From: Candidatus Obscuribacteraceae bacterium
GTDB lineage: Bacteria > Cyanobacteriota > Vampirovibrionia > Obscuribacterales > Obscuribacteraceae
Length of the DNA stretch: 64,000 nt
NCBI GenBank assembly: GCA_044229845.1
Contig: JBGASG010000002.1
Coordinates: 32,001 to 96,000 of the forward strand
Direction: 5' to 3'
The notes under the pieces were generated by a model. That model was given only the letters and a program-made list of their open reading frames with translations, was not told the DNA's origin and ran no database searches. The number at the start of each line of letters is the position of its first letter. The stretch's first letter is position 1. This document shows, piece by piece, positions 49,851 to 59,922 of the stretch. A program made the position numbers and the translations under genes.

Positions 49851-52325
49851 CTACTGCCCCGATGCAAACACATCTCCCTCACCTGTCGTTCTCGGGAACG
49901 GCACGGAACTGCGCGAGTACGAGTAGTTATTGCTTGGAACATATTTGATCAGCTTGACCGGTTCAGGAATGTTTTGCACCGTCTCGATCGCGTGGCGCAA
50001 CTTGCCTTTCGCATTGTCGGCTGCGTATAACTGCATCAATCGCACAAATTGCACGCTAACCTCATAAGAGCCATCGCTCTGCCGCACGCGCTTCTCCAGT
50101 AGTTTACGCGCGTCCGCACGCTTGCCGTGTTTCTCCAGCAGGTCGACATAGCGCAACAGCTCATCGCGATAAGACCATTCGTCCTCGGCGACCAGATCGA
50201 ACAGCCGCTTGTACGCGACAAGCGCTTCTTCGTCTCGTCCATTGTCCTGATAGCAGCAGGCCAGATCGGCTAAAGTTGACGCCAACAATACGTCATCTTT
50301 ACCCCATGCTTCCTGGCGAATTTGCAGTTCTCTCCGCAGAGGGGCAATTGCCTTCTGCCCTTCGATGCGCGTCACACGGCGCAAGCATTCCTCTTTGTAA
50401 TGGTTGTCCAGATCCGATATCGCGGAGGTAAATTGGTAAAAGTTACCAGTGGTGTCGCGATCGAAATACACGTGCGCTGCTTCTAAGTTGCCGTCCTCCA
50501 GAGCTCGACAAGCGAGCGCCACCATCGTATCGTTTTCCTCAGGCAGATATCCCAGCTTCACCAAAGTGGGAGCGAGATCATCAACTTCGGGGTTCAGCGC
50601 GCCTGCATTGCCGTAATGATAATCAGCCAACTCGAAGTAATGAAGCGCTTTCTCAGGAGGCAGCGCCTGTCCCAACTCAGTATTTGCCCGACCGGCATAA
50701 TAGCTGATCTCCTGATCATTGAAGTCCTTCAAGAAACCAGCGGCCACTTTCGCGCATTGCGCATACATTTTCTTTTCGAATAGAGTGCGCACCTTTTCAC
50801 GCGCAGCATCCTGAGGGTCAAGCAACTTTTCGGGGTCGCTCTGCTGCAACCACAGTTGAGCCATTTGCGCCACCAGCATCATTTCATATGAGCGGTAGCT
50901 GGTGCCGTGTTCATAATACTTGCTCGCCGCTTCATAGTGTTTGAGAGCCTCTTCTCTCATGGCATTGCGAGCTTTATCATTGCTGGATTCGTACACCTGA
51001 GCAGCGAGAGAATCAGCCACTTGCCAGTGCAACTCAGCTTGCAAACTGGGCGGCTTGTGGAGAGATTCGGACAGCGCGAGAGCCTGTTTCCACGCGGCGG
51101 ATTCCTCGGGGCGATGACTGCTGCCTGCCAGCTGGGCCGCATCGATCGATTTCTGCAACTGCAGTTCGCCCATGTACTTCTGACAGACCAGTCCGAGCAG
51201 AAGATACGCGCACATGCAGACAACGATCTTCTTGTCGAAGAAATCGAGAAACCTGAAAAGCAAGAGCTTCTCCGCCTTGGGCGGCAGCTTGCGCGTCACA
51301 CCGTTGCAGATGCAATCGGAAACCATGCGCAACGCATCCATCAACTCGCGCACGTTTCGAAAGCGCTTCGCCGGTTTCTTCTGCAAACACTTGATGATTA
51401 TGCAATCAAGCAACTTCAGCGCGTTATACTCCGGCGTGTCCTTGCCGTGCTGACTAGCCAGTTCGTGCAGATAGCCAGCGGACGCATGACCCGACTGATC
51501 GCCGACAAATGGCGGTCTGCCGACCAGCGATTCATACATCAGGCAACCCAGCGAATAAATATCCGAGCGTTCGCTGACGCGGTTGCGGTCGAGACACTGT
51601 TCAGGACTGAGATAAAATGCGTTTTGCACCGGGTCCGGTGGCATGCCAAAATCGATCAGCTTGACCAATTCGGCATCGGTATCTTCTTGATGAACAACAA
51701 TCACTTTGTTCGGCGAGAGGTTGCCGTGCACCAGCTGGTGCGAATGTGCTTCCCCGAGAGCTTCGCAAACCTGCATGAACACATTGAGAAACGTGGCGAT
51801 GTCCAGGCGTTTCGTGACCAGAAAAGTCTCGGCGAGGGTCTCGCCCTCGACCCAATCCTTCACCACATATGGTGCGCCGTCGTCGCCGACACCACACTCG
51901 TACACGGTGACATGGTTGACGTGAGTCAGTTCCGATGCACGTTGCGCCGCCTTCTTGATATTGCGCACCTGGGCGCTGTCGGTCAATCTGGCATTGAATA
52001 CGCGCAATGCGAAGATGCCGTCCATGCCGTCGCGTTTCGCCGCCCATGTGGTGCTGAGCGCATCGCGACACAACTCCCACACGAGCTCATAACTCCCGAA
52101 ACGCTGCACCGGCTCGCGGGCGTCACCGCAGGTTTCTTCCTGAGGCTTTCCGCCGCTTTCATGACTAACTGGTGGCGCAACCAATTTTATGGCTGCGCCG
52201 CCCGTACTTGGTTCGGGTTCGCTGTCTTCGTCGACGCTATGGAGAGATTCGCTGGGAAAACCGGTCTCGGACACCAGGGCGACACCAGGCCGCTGGTCGT
52301 GGCTTGCTCGACTTTTTCTTGTCAT
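49851..52325 (-). CDS. Ser/Thr pseudokinase with TM helix and TPR region
   Basis: Kinase-fold motifs DFG, YLSPEQ and SDIYSLG are present, but the Gly loop is lost, VAIK is FALR and HRD is HGN. Confidence 0.85.
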   Translation of the reverse strand: MTRKSRASHDQRPGVALVSETGFPSESLHSVDEDSEPEPSTGGAAIKLVAPPVSHESGGKPQEETCGDAREPVQRFGSYELVWELCRDALSTTWAAKRDGMDGIFALRVFNARLTDSAQVRNIKKAAQRASELTHVNHVTVYECGVGDDGAPYVVKDWVEGETLAETFLVTKRLDIATFLNVFMQVCEALGEAHSHQLVHGNLSPNKVIVVHQEDTDAELVKLIDFGMPPDPVQNAFYLSPEQCLDRNRVSERSDIYSLGCLMYESLVGRPPFVGDQSGHASAGYLHELASQHGKDTPEYNALKLLDCIIIKCLQKKPAKRFRNVRELMDALRMVSDCICNGVTRKLPPKAEKLLLFRFLDFFDKKIVVCMCAYLLLGLVCQKYMGELQLQKSIDAAQLAGSSHRPEESAAWKQALALSESLHKPPSLQAELHWQVADSLAAQVYESSNDKARNAMREEALKHYEAASKYYEHGTSYRSYEMMLVAQMAQLWLQQSDPEKLLDPQDAAREKVRTLFEKKMYAQCAKVAAGFLKDFNDQEISYYAGRANTELGQALPPEKALHYFELADYHYGNAGALNPEVDDLAPTLVKLGYLPEENDTMVALACRALEDGNLEAAHVYFDRDTTGNFYQFTSAISDLDNHYKEECLRRVTRIEGQKAIAPLRRELQIRQEAWGKDDVLLASTLADLACCYQDNGRDEEALVAYKRLFDLVAEDEWSYRDELLRYVDLLEKHGKRADARKLLEKRVRQSDGSYEVSVQFVRLMQLYAADNAKGKLRHAIETVQNIPEPVKLIKYVPSNNYSYSRSSVPFPRTTGEGDVFASGQ

Positions 52326-52675
52326 GTTTTGTTTGTCTACTAAGGGTGGAGGAGAGAGGAGCGAAGGCTCCGTCGTTGAATGGCGTCGAGTATATTGCCA
52401 GGTTGCCAAGGGGCAAATAGGGTTAACACTGGATTTGGACACCCCGGACCAGAACGGACGCAACTCACGCGAATAATTGATGTTTTTCGCGTGTCGTCGA
52501 TGGCGCCGAGCAGACCCACCGGGCATCCCGGAGCCTACGAGCGCCCCAGGGAAGTCTGATGAGTGATAACCGTCACCCTCGGGCACATAGTTAATATCGG
52601 CAGGATTGATTGTGCAGGCGAACACAATTAATATTGACAACTAATTCCTCACGTCATTTATGGAGCCAGACGACC

Positions 52676-53320
52676 ATGGCAGGAGCCGGGGAACAAGACA
52701 TCCCTAAACCCAGAAAAATCGGCGGCGGCGACGAAACCGGCGACGCAGCGATTAACCAGAAGGTCCAGAAGGAATCCGGCGACGCCCCTCCGGCGACGCC
52801 ACCCACCGAGGTCACCGATGCCGGTGCCAAAAACCTCGGCGCCATCACATCTCTGGACGCTCCGGCTGATTTCAAACTGACCACCAAGGTGGATACAGCC
52901 CTGGGCTACACATATATGTGGACGCCGCCCGGACGCAAGGACGTTTCCGTCAGCGTCAGCAGCCGCGCACAAGATCTGAACGCCAACGACACCAAAACAC
53001 TCAACGACATTCTCGCCAAACCAGATGGCTACGTGCTCAGTCCGCAAGAGATCCAGTCGCTGCAAGGGCTTTTGCGCGAGAAAGCGGATCCCAGCAAATT
53101 CACTACTTCGCTCGTGTACGTCCGCGAAATCGAAGGCAAGAAAGTCTTGAGCCTCGCAGGCGAATATGACAAAGAGAAAATCCACAACGAAACGCTGTAC
53201 ATCCCGGCTAACAGGTCAGGCAGCGCCATCCAGGAAGTCGCATACCAGGCTCCCATCGGAGTCAATCGCTGGGGCGACGCAGCCGGCAAGTCGATGGATT
53301 CGATCAAACTGAAGAACTGA
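52676..53320 (+). CDS. Orphan PsbP-like partner-domain protein, no signal peptide
   Basis: NLGAI, GYTYMWTP, DVSVSVS, LS..EI.SL, G..VL.L.G.Y and QEVAY.AP match the two other copies; RBS GGAG. Confidence 0.78.
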   Translation: MAGAGEQDIPKPRKIGGGDETGDAAINQKVQKESGDAPPATPPTEVTDAGAKNLGAITSLDAPADFKLTTKVDTALGYTYMWTPPGRKDVSVSVSSRAQDLNANDTKTLNDILAKPDGYVLSPQEIQSLQGLLREKADPSKFTTSLVYVREIEGKKVLSLAGEYDKEKIHNETLYIPANRSGSAIQEVAYQAPIGVNRWGDAAGKSMDSIKLKN

Positions 53321-53437
53321 AGAACTGAAGAACTGATCGCCTGCCCCAAGAGCGATGCGTCAGTTTTGATGCAGGAAACCGGTTTTTTGCTTGTGGATCC
53401 CCTCTGAAAAGCCATCTCGCAAGCAGATTTTGCCTGA

Positions 53438-53459
53438 CTTGCGTCAAATCTGACGCAAG
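53438..53459. terminator. Hairpin between convergent genes
   Basis: CTTGCGTCA-AATC-TGACGCAAG. Confidence 0.55.
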
Positions 53460-53465
53460 AGGGCG

Positions 53466-54923
53466 TTAGTCGTTGCGACGACCCAGGTCATCGACCTGGT
53501 TAGCTTGGTCTTTAGTCAGGAGCACGTACTGTTCGACGCGCAGGGCGCTGAGCGGCAATCCCAACATCGCATCGCGAGGCGGAGCATGCGGAGCGACATT
53601 CGGCGACAGCCAGTCGCCTGGCGACACCGGCTGCGGCTCAGGACTGACGAACACCCCAAGTTCCACGATGGAAGGATTCCAGACAGACTTCTCGGAGTTC
53701 CAGATCGGCTCCGCCCAGGCAAAGTTCGAACGCAGATCATTGCTGTCGACGTTGAAAAACTGAGTCGACATGCCGTACGCGCTCATCACGACCGGGTAGC
53801 TGTCGCGCTGATCTGAAGGTCGCAAATCGTAGAGGCGATTTTTGAGATTTAAGAGTGTTGTCCCAAATGCAGTCTTGCTGCCGGGAATGACGAAGAAACT
53901 GCGCACCGATTTCCGGTTGTCTCCGAATTGCAAAAGGGTCTCATCGTCCATCAACTTATTCAGCCGATCTTCGGAAATCGGCATCGGGTATGGCAACACA
54001 CTGAGTGGATTGTCGCCGGGCAACTGCGTCAGGGCCCGCTGGTAAATCACATCAGCGGCATCCTTGTGTCCATGCCGGTCCAGCGTTGCCGCCGCCATCA
54101 TTGATTCGAATTGCACATAGGGCAGATCGGGCGCACGGTACTTCGCCAGCGCAAACGCCGCCATGGCGCGCCGGTCGCGTTTCAGCGCTTCGTACAAAAC
54201 GGGATCGCCGACTTCCTGCTCGCTGACCTTCATGCGCCGCGCCCAGAAAAGCGCAATGCCATGCAGCCGCCTGGCCGTAGCGAAGTCGCCTTTCTTGAGA
54301 GCGATATCACGCATGGTGGCAACTCTGGTAGCGGCATAGCGGCGCGAAACCAGTCCTTCCATAAATGCAGTCGCCCGCACCAGGGGCGTCGGCAACAACC
54401 TGCCTTTGCGCGCCGCCGAATCCAGCGGCACCGAGGCGAGAAACGTGACCAGCAACCAGCAAAGTGGTGCCAGCCAGAGTCCGCGAATGACACGAAACTT
54501 GCGGTTAGACATCGGTGCCGGCGGAATGGCGCGATACCAGCGCGGCGCGGCAAGGTGAACCAGGAACAGCGCCAGGCAGATCAACTGGAAATAAGCCACC
54601 GCATGCAAAAACACATGCATACCGGTCAAGGGACGAAACATCGCATCGATGTAGAACACGAAGAGCGATGAGGCAAGAAACATGAAGCCGACAACCGCCG
54701 CCTTTGTGCCGCGCAACACGCGCCACCAGCGACCGCGGCGAAACTCGCCGGTGTCCATCCACACCGGTGCGATTGCCCCGGGTGAGATTGCCCCGGCTGA
54801 CGCAGCCTGTCCGGACTCAGAAGCAGGTTTCTCCAGCGCCGTAGACTCCCCCACCGGAGATGGCTCCCCCACCGGAGATGGCTCTCCGCCCGGCGCCGCA
54901 GCGGATTCCGCCTCCGCCGCCAT
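53466..54923 (-). CDS. Membrane protein (about 3 TM helices) with helical soluble domain
   Basis: Low-complexity N-terminus followed by three hydrophobic segments. Confidence 0.65.
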   Translation of the reverse strand: MAAEAESAAAPGGEPSPVGEPSPVGESTALEKPASESGQAASAGAISPGAIAPVWMDTGEFRRGRWWRVLRGTKAAVVGFMFLASSLFVFYIDAMFRPLTGMHVFLHAVAYFQLICLALFLVHLAAPRWYRAIPPAPMSNRKFRVIRGLWLAPLCWLLVTFLASVPLDSAARKGRLLPTPLVRATAFMEGLVSRRYAATRVATMRDIALKKGDFATARRLHGIALFWARRMKVSEQEVGDPVLYEALKRDRRAMAAFALAKYRAPDLPYVQFESMMAAATLDRHGHKDAADVIYQRALTQLPGDNPLSVLPYPMPISEDRLNKLMDDETLLQFGDNRKSVRSFFVIPGSKTAFGTTLLNLKNRLYDLRPSDQRDSYPVVMSAYGMSTQFFNVDSNDLRSNFAWAEPIWNSEKSVWNPSIVELGVFVSPEPQPVSPGDWLSPNVAPHAPPRDAMLGLPLSALRVEQYVLLTKDQANQVDDLGRRND

Positions 54924-55101
54924 GGTGGTCTCGGCGCAAACAAGTTGGGGATCGCGACGTTCTCGGTGTTTGAACAATTCGAATTCCTATACCTCCATGA
55001 TACCCGGACAAAAACAGCCACGGGAATAGGGTTGTCGGCGCTTTTTAATGCAGAATCTGGGTATTATGAATGGCAGACTCACCCGAGGGAGACGCTACCC
55101 C

Positions 55102-56655
55102 ATGACTCGTCTGTCCAGAATTTGGCGTGCCGCTTGCGCTTCAGCGACTGCCCTGACGGCAACCATAACGATGGCAACCCTTTTAATGATTGGGCAGTCC
55201 GCCACGCCGGGCACCGGGCAGGCGGCGTGGGCGCAGGGTGGACCGGGCGGCGGTTTCGACCCCGAATTTGGTACGACGGCTGCCGGGCGCCAGAAGAAAG
55301 CCTACGCCTACTACCAGCAAGGTCTGGAAGCTGAGCGCATCGGCGACATCCCGTCGGCGGTCGAGTTCTATAAAAAGTCCCTTGGAGTCTATCCCAAAAT
55401 CAAAGAAGTACACCACGCTCTGGCACAAGCACTCACCAAGACCGGCGATATGCAGCGCGCATTGGCTGAGTTTCGGTCGGCTTTGAACATGGACTACAAC
55501 TTCGTTCAGTGCCGCAACAACCTGGGCGCCTACTACCTGAGGCTCGACAAAACCCAGGAAGCCGAGCGCGAGTTCAAAACTTGCGTCACCATCGACCCCA
55601 AATATCCGTTCCCGTACTACAACCTGGGCAAGATCTATCACGGCAAGGGCGACCTGGAAGCCGCCATCGAAAACTTCAGAACTGCCACCAGATTGCGTCC
55701 CGATTTTGCCGAGTCATACAAAGAACTCGGGCTGTGCATCTTCGAGCGCGCCAAGCAGGGCGACATCACCACCGCCATGGAAGAGCTTCAGAAGGCATCA
55801 TCCCTGGTGCCAAAAAATCCGGTCATCCACTACTACCTGGGCATCATCTACTGCACGAAAGGCAATCTAGATGCGGGAGAAACCGAATTTCGCAAAGCCC
55901 TCATGTGCGATCCGCGATTTGCCGCTGCCCACTGGGAATTGGGCAAACTGCGCTACTTCCGCGGTGATCTCGACCGCTGCCTGATGGAAATCGGTCAGGC
56001 GGAATCTATTAATCCTACATACGGAGAAGGCAGACAATATCCCGGCATCGACCTGATCAAAGTAAAGGCATTGAAGGCGGATGCACTGGAATATCGCGGC
56101 GAGTACGTCAAGGCGTACGAGACATACGAAGAACTGTGCAAGTTGCGGAAGGGCAACGCCGCCTACCTCGAACACATGGCCTATCTGCAAAAGGAAATTC
56201 GCAAAGACCAGAAAGGAAAACGACCGAGCAAGAAGGGACCGCAGTTCGATCCCGAAGAAGTGGAAGCGCTGGTGCAGAAGGGCATCTCCGCCTACGAAGA
56301 CGGCGACCTCGATGAAGCGAAATCCAACTTCGAACAAGCGTTGCAGATGAATCCCAACTCGGCGCTTGCCACTATCAATTTGTCGTCCGTTCAAGAAGCA
56401 CAAGGCGACCTGAACAATGCGGTCGCCAGCTGCCAGAAAGCAATCACTCTCGACCCACGCTATGACGGATTGGTTTACAACCTTGGATACCTGCTTGAGA
56501 AGATGAACCTGCCCAACGACGCCGCTCAGCAATACATGCGCTATCACGAAATGGGCGGCAAGTATCCTTATGATCCGCAGCATGTCATTGAGTTACAACA
56601 AAACATAATCCGCCAGCAAAAAATCGAAGCCGACAAGAGAAAACGCGGCTTCTGA
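55102..56655 (+). CDS. Exported multi-TPR protein
   Basis: Signal peptide ending in AWA-Q; many canonical TPRs (YYNLG..Y..KGDLEAAI..F..A). Confidence 0.92.
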   Translation: MTRLSRIWRAACASATALTATITMATLLMIGQSATPGTGQAAWAQGGPGGGFDPEFGTTAAGRQKKAYAYYQQGLEAERIGDIPSAVEFYKKSLGVYPKIKEVHHALAQALTKTGDMQRALAEFRSALNMDYNFVQCRNNLGAYYLRLDKTQEAEREFKTCVTIDPKYPFPYYNLGKIYHGKGDLEAAIENFRTATRLRPDFAESYKELGLCIFERAKQGDITTAMEELQKASSLVPKNPVIHYYLGIIYCTKGNLDAGETEFRKALMCDPRFAAAHWELGKLRYFRGDLDRCLMEIGQAESINPTYGEGRQYPGIDLIKVKALKADALEYRGEYVKAYETYEELCKLRKGNAAYLEHMAYLQKEIRKDQKGKRPSKKGPQFDPEEVEALVQKGISAYEDGDLDEAKSNFEQALQMNPNSALATINLSSVQEAQGDLNNAVASCQKAITLDPRYDGLVYNLGYLLEKMNLPNDAAQQYMRYHEMGGKYPYDPQHVIELQQNIIRQQKIEADKRKRGF

Positions 56656-56714
56656 TGCTCAGATGAAACCCCTTTACAGCGCCGCATGACCCCAAGCTGA
56701 TATACTTTCGGGCC

Positions 56715-57596
56715 ATGAGCAAAGCTATCTCCACTCTTACCTTTCAGAAGTACAAAAAAGAGGGGCGCAAAATAGTCGCCCTCACCGCGTACGACTACTC
56801 GACCGCCAAGATATTAGACCGGGCGGGCGTCGACCTGATTCTGGTCGGCGACAGCCTGGCGATGGTGGCACTCGGTCACCAGACCACGCACGCGGTCACC
56901 ATGGATGAGATGGTGCACCACACCCGCGCCGTGACGCGTGGCGTGCAGACCGCATTTGTAGTGGCCGACCTGCCGTTCATGAGCTATCAGGTGGACGAAG
57001 TGCAGGCGATTACCAACGCCGGACGTTTCATCAAAGAAGCCAACGCGCATGCCGTCAAACTGGAAGGCGCCACTAAACTAAATCTGGAAGTGATCGAACG
57101 TCTGGTCGGCATGGGTGTGCCTGTAATGGGTCATCTTGGATACACGCCGCAATCTATTCACGCGCTGGGCGGCACACGCGTGCAGGGACGCAGCGCCGAA
57201 GACGCGGCGCGCCTCCTGGAAGACAGCGTGGCGCTGGAACGCGCCGGTGTTTTCAGCCTGGTGCTGGAGATGGTACCGGCTTCGGTGGCACAGCTGATCA
57301 GCGAGCGCTTGCAGATTCCCACGGTCGGTATCGGTGCCGGTGCCGGTTGCGATGGGCAGATTCTCGTCACCGACGACCTGCTCGGCAAATACACCGACTT
57401 CCAGCCGCGCTTCGTGCGCCGCTATGCCAACCTCTCGGATATCTGCACGAGCGCCATCACCAATTACGCGGAAGACGTTCGCAAAGGCGAGTTCCCGAAC
57501 GCCGCCGAGTCATTCGCATTGCCTGAAGACGAGCAAAAACGGCTCCTCGAATTGATCGGCGAAGCAGATCGCAATCACAGCGAAGTCAGCTGCTAG
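56715..57596 (+). CDS. panB: 3-methyl-2-oxobutanoate hydroxymethyltransferase
   Basis: LTAYD, LVGDSL, ADLPFMSY, AVKLEG, GHLG.TPQ and GIGAG..CDGQILV. Confidence 0.97.
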   Translation: MSKAISTLTFQKYKKEGRKIVALTAYDYSTAKILDRAGVDLILVGDSLAMVALGHQTTHAVTMDEMVHHTRAVTRGVQTAFVVADLPFMSYQVDEVQAITNAGRFIKEANAHAVKLEGATKLNLEVIERLVGMGVPVMGHLGYTPQSIHALGGTRVQGRSAEDAARLLEDSVALERAGVFSLVLEMVPASVAQLISERLQIPTVGIGAGAGCDGQILVTDDLLGKYTDFQPRFVRRYANLSDICTSAITNYAEDVRKGEFPNAAESFALPEDEQKRLLELIGEADRNHSEVSC

Positions 57597-57616
57597 AGCC
57601 AGAGCCAGAGCTAGAG

Positions 57617-58066
57617 CTATTCCGCAGCAGCCTTTTTGTCCGGCAAGATCCGACTGCCATCAGAAGAAACTTTGATGTGCGCCACGATTCTACCCTCGTG
57701 CGCAAGCGGAACCGCCCAGCAAAACTCCGGCTCGCGAAACTCGGCTCCATCCAGGACCGATAGCTGAGCCGGAATCTGCCGCAAGCGCGCTTCGATCAAA
57801 GAAACAGTCTCCTCAGAGCACCCGGCCATGGCATGCAAGCCGCGCGGCAGTACACTGCCGTCCGCTCCAAAGTGCAGCACGACAACCGGCGCACCATCCA
57901 GCATCAGCGCGCCCTTCATCTCGTGTTCGCCGCGCGGGGCAATGTGGCTCCAGACACGCCCGGGCATTAGATTTGCCAGGCAGCCGCGGCTGGTGGAGAC
58001 TGCCTTTTGCGCATGTTCGGGAGTATTGAATGCCCGCATTTCGTGCGGCGATTTATCTGGCGGCAT
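57617..58066 (-). CDS. Hypothetical protein co-transcribed with the response regulator
   Basis: Starts 3 bp after the upstream stop; 149 aa. Confidence 0.65.
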   Translation of the reverse strand: MPPDKSPHEMRAFNTPEHAQKAVSTSRGCLANLMPGRVWSHIAPRGEHEMKGALMLDGAPVVVLHFGADGSVLPRGLHAMAGCSEETVSLIEARLRQIPAQLSVLDGAEFREPEFCWAVPLAHEGRIVAHIKVSSDGSRILPDKKAAAE

Positions 58067-58069
58067 TTG

Positions 58070-59398
58070 TCAGTCCTTCAGTTCGTTCATCAGTCCATGC
58101 GATTTCAGTTTGGCGTATAACAACTGGCGATTGATCCCCAGCAGTCGTGCGGCTTCCGCCCGGCTGCCCCCGGCGGATGTGAGCGCGTGCAGCAGCAGCT
58201 GTTTCTCCAGCGCCGCCATTGAAGCGTAGTAATCCATGCCGTTGCCGTCGCCTGCCGGCGCCGAACCGCTTTCGGCACCCCGTCCACCGAAACTCAAGTC
58301 GGTTTCTTCAATGACCGCAGCGCGTGTGGTCACGCAAAGGTGATACATGAGGTTTTGCAGTTCCCAGAGATTTCCGGGCCAGGGGTAGTCGAGCAAAGCC
58401 TTGGCGGCGCCGCTGCTCAAGCGCTTGGGCGCATCCGGTTTGGCTTGCTGCAGGAAAGTTTCGGCAAGAAACAGAATGTCGCTTCCGCGTTCGCGCAGCG
58501 GCGGCAGCGAGATGCCCATTACGTTCAAGCGATAATACAGATCTTCGCGGAACCGCTTCTCCCGCACCATCGCAATCAGGTCATATTGCGTCGTGGCGAT
58601 GATGCGCGGCGGCACCATATCTGGTGACGAGGCCGGTGAACCCGCGACGGGCGCGACCGGCATCTCTTTGAGAGCTCGCACCAGCTTGGCCTGCATCTGC
58701 GCATTCAAGTCACCGATCTCATCGAGAATCACGGTTCCACAAGCGCCCGGCGCCAGCGACTGAAACGACTCGTAATCTTCAGGGATGGCCGTGCACTCGA
58801 CCACGGTGAGCGGATTGTCGCGCTGCTCGCTGTATGCATGGATGGCGCGCGCCACTGTGCTTTTGCCGGTGCCGGTCTCGCCTTGCACGAGCACCGTTGC
58901 AGCGCTCGCCGCCGCCAGACCAATCAATTTCTCGACCCGCCGCATCGCCGCACATACGCCGACGAGACGGTCATCATGCCGCTCACCGCCGCCGGATGCG
59001 GGCACGGCAGCGTCAGGTTGTTTTGGTCTGGACAGCGCCCTCTGCACAACAGCAGACAGCTCATCTAGACCGAGCGGACGAGTCAAATGATCGAATGCCC
59101 CCAATCGCATCGCCTCGATTACATCATCGCTTTTCACATCGTCGGCAGTCAGGACAACCATCGGCAGCGATGCCAGTCGAGGCTGCGATTGCAGTTCGGT
59201 CAGCGTTTCAATCAACCACTGAGATTGACTGTGGTGATCGAGAATCACGACATCGACGGTGGCGTTTCCTCCGGACACGCAAGCAATCGCCTCCTCCGCT
59301 GAGTCAGTCTCGATCACCTGGTGTTGAAGTTTTTCAATCATCTCAGAGAGAACGCCGCCGGCGGCACTCTGGTCATGAATCAGAAGAATGGTCGCCAT
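58070..59398 (-). CDS. NtrC-like response regulator (REC + AAA+ + Fis HTH) lacking GAFTGA
   Basis: GETGTGKS, ILDEIGDL, FREDLYYRLNV, WPGN..EL.N and AARLLGINR..LY.KL. Confidence 0.9.
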   Translation of the reverse strand: MATILLIHDQSAAGGVLSEMIEKLQHQVIETDSAEEAIACVSGGNATVDVVILDHHSQSQWLIETLTELQSQPRLASLPMVVLTADDVKSDDVIEAMRLGAFDHLTRPLGLDELSAVVQRALSRPKQPDAAVPASGGGERHDDRLVGVCAAMRRVEKLIGLAAASAATVLVQGETGTGKSTVARAIHAYSEQRDNPLTVVECTAIPEDYESFQSLAPGACGTVILDEIGDLNAQMQAKLVRALKEMPVAPVAGSPASSPDMVPPRIIATTQYDLIAMVREKRFREDLYYRLNVMGISLPPLRERGSDILFLAETFLQQAKPDAPKRLSSGAAKALLDYPWPGNLWELQNLMYHLCVTTRAAVIEETDLSFGGRGAESGSAPAGDGNGMDYYASMAALEKQLLLHALTSAGGSRAEAARLLGINRQLLYAKLKSHGLMNELKD

Positions 59399-59402
59399 GA
59401 TT

Positions 59403-59816
59403 TCAAAGAGATGCGTTGACGGTCGCCGGCTCCGACGCAGTCGCCGGAACTTGACAATGCGACTGCGCGTTGCTGCCGGTCGGAATGAACACGAAGAACA
59501 CAGCGCCGACCATCAATAGAAAAGCTACTAGGTAGTTCCACTGAAACTGTTGTTTGAGGTAAAGGACTGAGAAGAAACCAAACACGATGAGCGTGATCAC
59601 TTCTTGAATAATTTTCAGTTGAGCAGCTGTAAATGTATAGCTGCCAATGCGGTTGGCCGGCACCTGGAAGCAATACTCGAGAGATGCGATCAGCCAGCTG
59701 ATCAGAATCGCTTCCCAGATTGGCGATGAACGATATTTGAGATGCCCGTACCAGGCAAACGTCATAAAGATGTTGGAGATTGCCAGCAATCCAACGGTCA
59801 ATAAACCTTGCATCAA
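59403..59816 (-). CDS. DMT-family (DUF486) small membrane protein
   Basis: SNIFMTFAWYGHLK, EYCFQVPANRIG and QLKIIQEVITL. Confidence 0.92.
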   Translation of the reverse strand: MMQGLLTVGLLAISNIFMTFAWYGHLKYRSSPIWEAILISWLIASLEYCFQVPANRIGSYTFTAAQLKIIQEVITLIVFGFFSVLYLKQQFQWNYLVAFLLMVGAVFFVFIPTGSNAQSHCQVPATASEPATVNASL

Positions 59817-59922
59817 TAACCCACTCCTGGAGTGCTAAGCCCGTTTTTGTTGACAATATTATGGACCAGCGCCTGGCGCCTAAGTGGATGATTGCGCGAC
59901 AGATGTGTCCGAATTCATGACA

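Noticed and set aside
56673..56706. TTTACA...TATACT promoter for panB
   Set aside because: The spacer is 22 bp. Only an extended -10 (TGATATACT) close to the ATG is plausible, which is too weak to list.
53311..57620. Short tandem repeats at gene ends (GAAGAACT x3 near 53311; (C/T)AGAGC x4 near 57594); similar duplications at about 31477, 32795, 38699 and 54850
   Set aside because: They look like simple slippage duplications with unrelated units and no common function.
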